Source: Armatimonadota bacterium
GTDB lineage: Bacteria > Armatimonadota > SYMT01
Reading direction: 5' to 3'
DNA length: 64,000 nucleotides
Assembly (NCBI GenBank): GCA_041690135.1
Contig: JAWLHY010000011.1
Span: 192,001-256,000 of the forward strand
This document shows, piece by piece, positions 63,093 to 64,000 of this stretch. Every line of letters begins with the position of its first letter. Positions within the stretch are counted from its first letter, which is position 1. The position numbers were made by a program, and so were the translations under genes. The notes below the pieces were generated by a model. That model ran no database searches. It was not told the origin of the DNA and was given only the letters and a program-made list of their open reading frames with translations.

Positions 63093-64000
63093 TCAGGTGG
63101 CCACCAGCGTTTCCTTGCTCGAGCGGGCGGGGCTGTAGAAACACTTCTCACCCTTCCCGGCGGCGCACTCGCGGGCGAACCGGATCAGGTGGTACGACAC
63201 CATCCCCACGTGGATGACCGCTTCGATGTCGAGGCTGCGCAGGCGGGGGGCGGCCATCTTCCAGAAGATCCGGCGGTAGTCCGACTTGGCCCCCGCCATC
63301 CAGAGCAAGCGAGCCAGGATCCCGAGGCCCCGTCGGACCATTTCCGAGTCGACCTTGCGCATCTCGGCGGGAATCTTCTTCCGGTTGGGGTACGTCTCCC
63401 GGAGTTGATGTTCAAAGCGGGCGTAGAGGCGTTCGGGCGTGTACGCCTCCGTCACGCACTTCTGCCACATGCTCACCACGGTTTCGTAGGGCAGCAGGAA
63501 CTCCACGTTGGACTCGCGGTCCATCCCATCCAGCAGCCGGCCTTCCGTCTCAAGCCGTCGCCAGAGCGGCGTTTTGGGCAGGGCGTGCAGGATGTTGATG
63601 GTGAGCATCGGGATCGCGGACTCTTCGATGAACTCCAGGATCCGGTCGCCCGTGGTCGGTGTATCGGTGTCGAGGCCGATGATGATGCCGGACACGACCT
63701 CCATCCCGTAGCTGTTGATCTTCCGCACGCTTTCCACGATCGGGTGGCGCAGGTTCTGCTTCTTCTGGATCGCCTGGAGAGCGTGCTCTTCGGGGGTTTC
63801 GATCCCGCAGAAGACGGTTCCGAAATAGGCCTCCCGCATCAATTCCAGCACTTCGTCGCATTCGGAGATGTTCAGGGTCGCCTCGCACGCGAACTGGAGC
63901 GGGTAACCGTTCCGCTGCTGCCACGCAACCAGCTCCTTCAGCAGCGCGAGGGCCGCCTTCCGGTTGCCGATGAAGTTGTCGTCCACGAAGTAGACCGCGC
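63093..64000 (-). CDS. hpnP: B12-dependent radical SAM methyltransferase, HpnP-like (hopanoid C-2 methylase); 5' part outside window
   Basis: YFVDDNFIGNRKAA, ACEATLNI, VFCGIETP, NSYGMEVVSGIIIGLDTD, LTINILHALPKTPLW, RESNVEFLLPY, DYRRIFWK; recalled as characteristic of HpnP. Confidence 0.7.
   Translation of the reverse strand, partial: AVYFVDDNFIGNRKAALALLKELVAWQQRNGYPLQFACEATLNISECDEVLELMREAYFGTVFCGIETPEEHALQAIQKKQNLRHPIVESVRKINSYGMEVVSGIIIGLDTDTPTTGDRILEFIEESAIPMLTINILHALPKTPLWRRLETEGRLLDGMDRESNVEFLLPYETVVSMWQKCVTEAYTPERLYARFEHQLRETYPNRKKIPAEMRKVDSEMVRRGLGILARLLWMAGAKSDYRRIFWKMAAPRLRSLDIEAVIHVGMVSYHLIRFARECAAGKGEKCFYSPARSSKETLVAT

Overview
High-GC (roughly 68-70%) bacterial chromosomal window, probably Armatimonadota. 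This taxonomic call is an inference from three prepilin-type DUF1559/H-X9-DG proteins with the [25 protein letters not shown](R/Q)AR leader and from the paired short pilins. About 55 credible CDS are present: a TerY-P-like PP2C/kinase pair, a VapBC-type TA pair, ndh, a DUF2156 protein, a YhaO/YhaN nuclease-ATPase pair, an IS200-like Y1 transposase embedded in REP-like arrays, sixA, a hybrid kinase, purEK, putA, pcp, three sigma factors, an STAS protein and the 3' part of an HpnP-like radical SAM gene, plus one tRNA-Arg(UCU). No CRISPR array, rRNA or prophage was seen. The main candidates for novelty are four. (1) A type I secretion/efflux locus bracketed by two ArsR paralogs, with an AMIN-like-fused TolC, a His-rich ABC subunit and a 696-aa adaptor whose hairpin is extended by matched 4x36-aa and 4x35-aa repeats. 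(2) A RAYT/REPIN-like system, plus a ~16-20 bp GGG(T/C)ACCC-N-GGGT micro-hairpin that interrupts several unrelated REP families. (3) An hpnP-like gene in an unexpected lineage. (4) A cytochrome c-DUF1080 fusion and an in-frame palindromic insertion in putA. All family calls come from motif recognition by eye; no searches were run.
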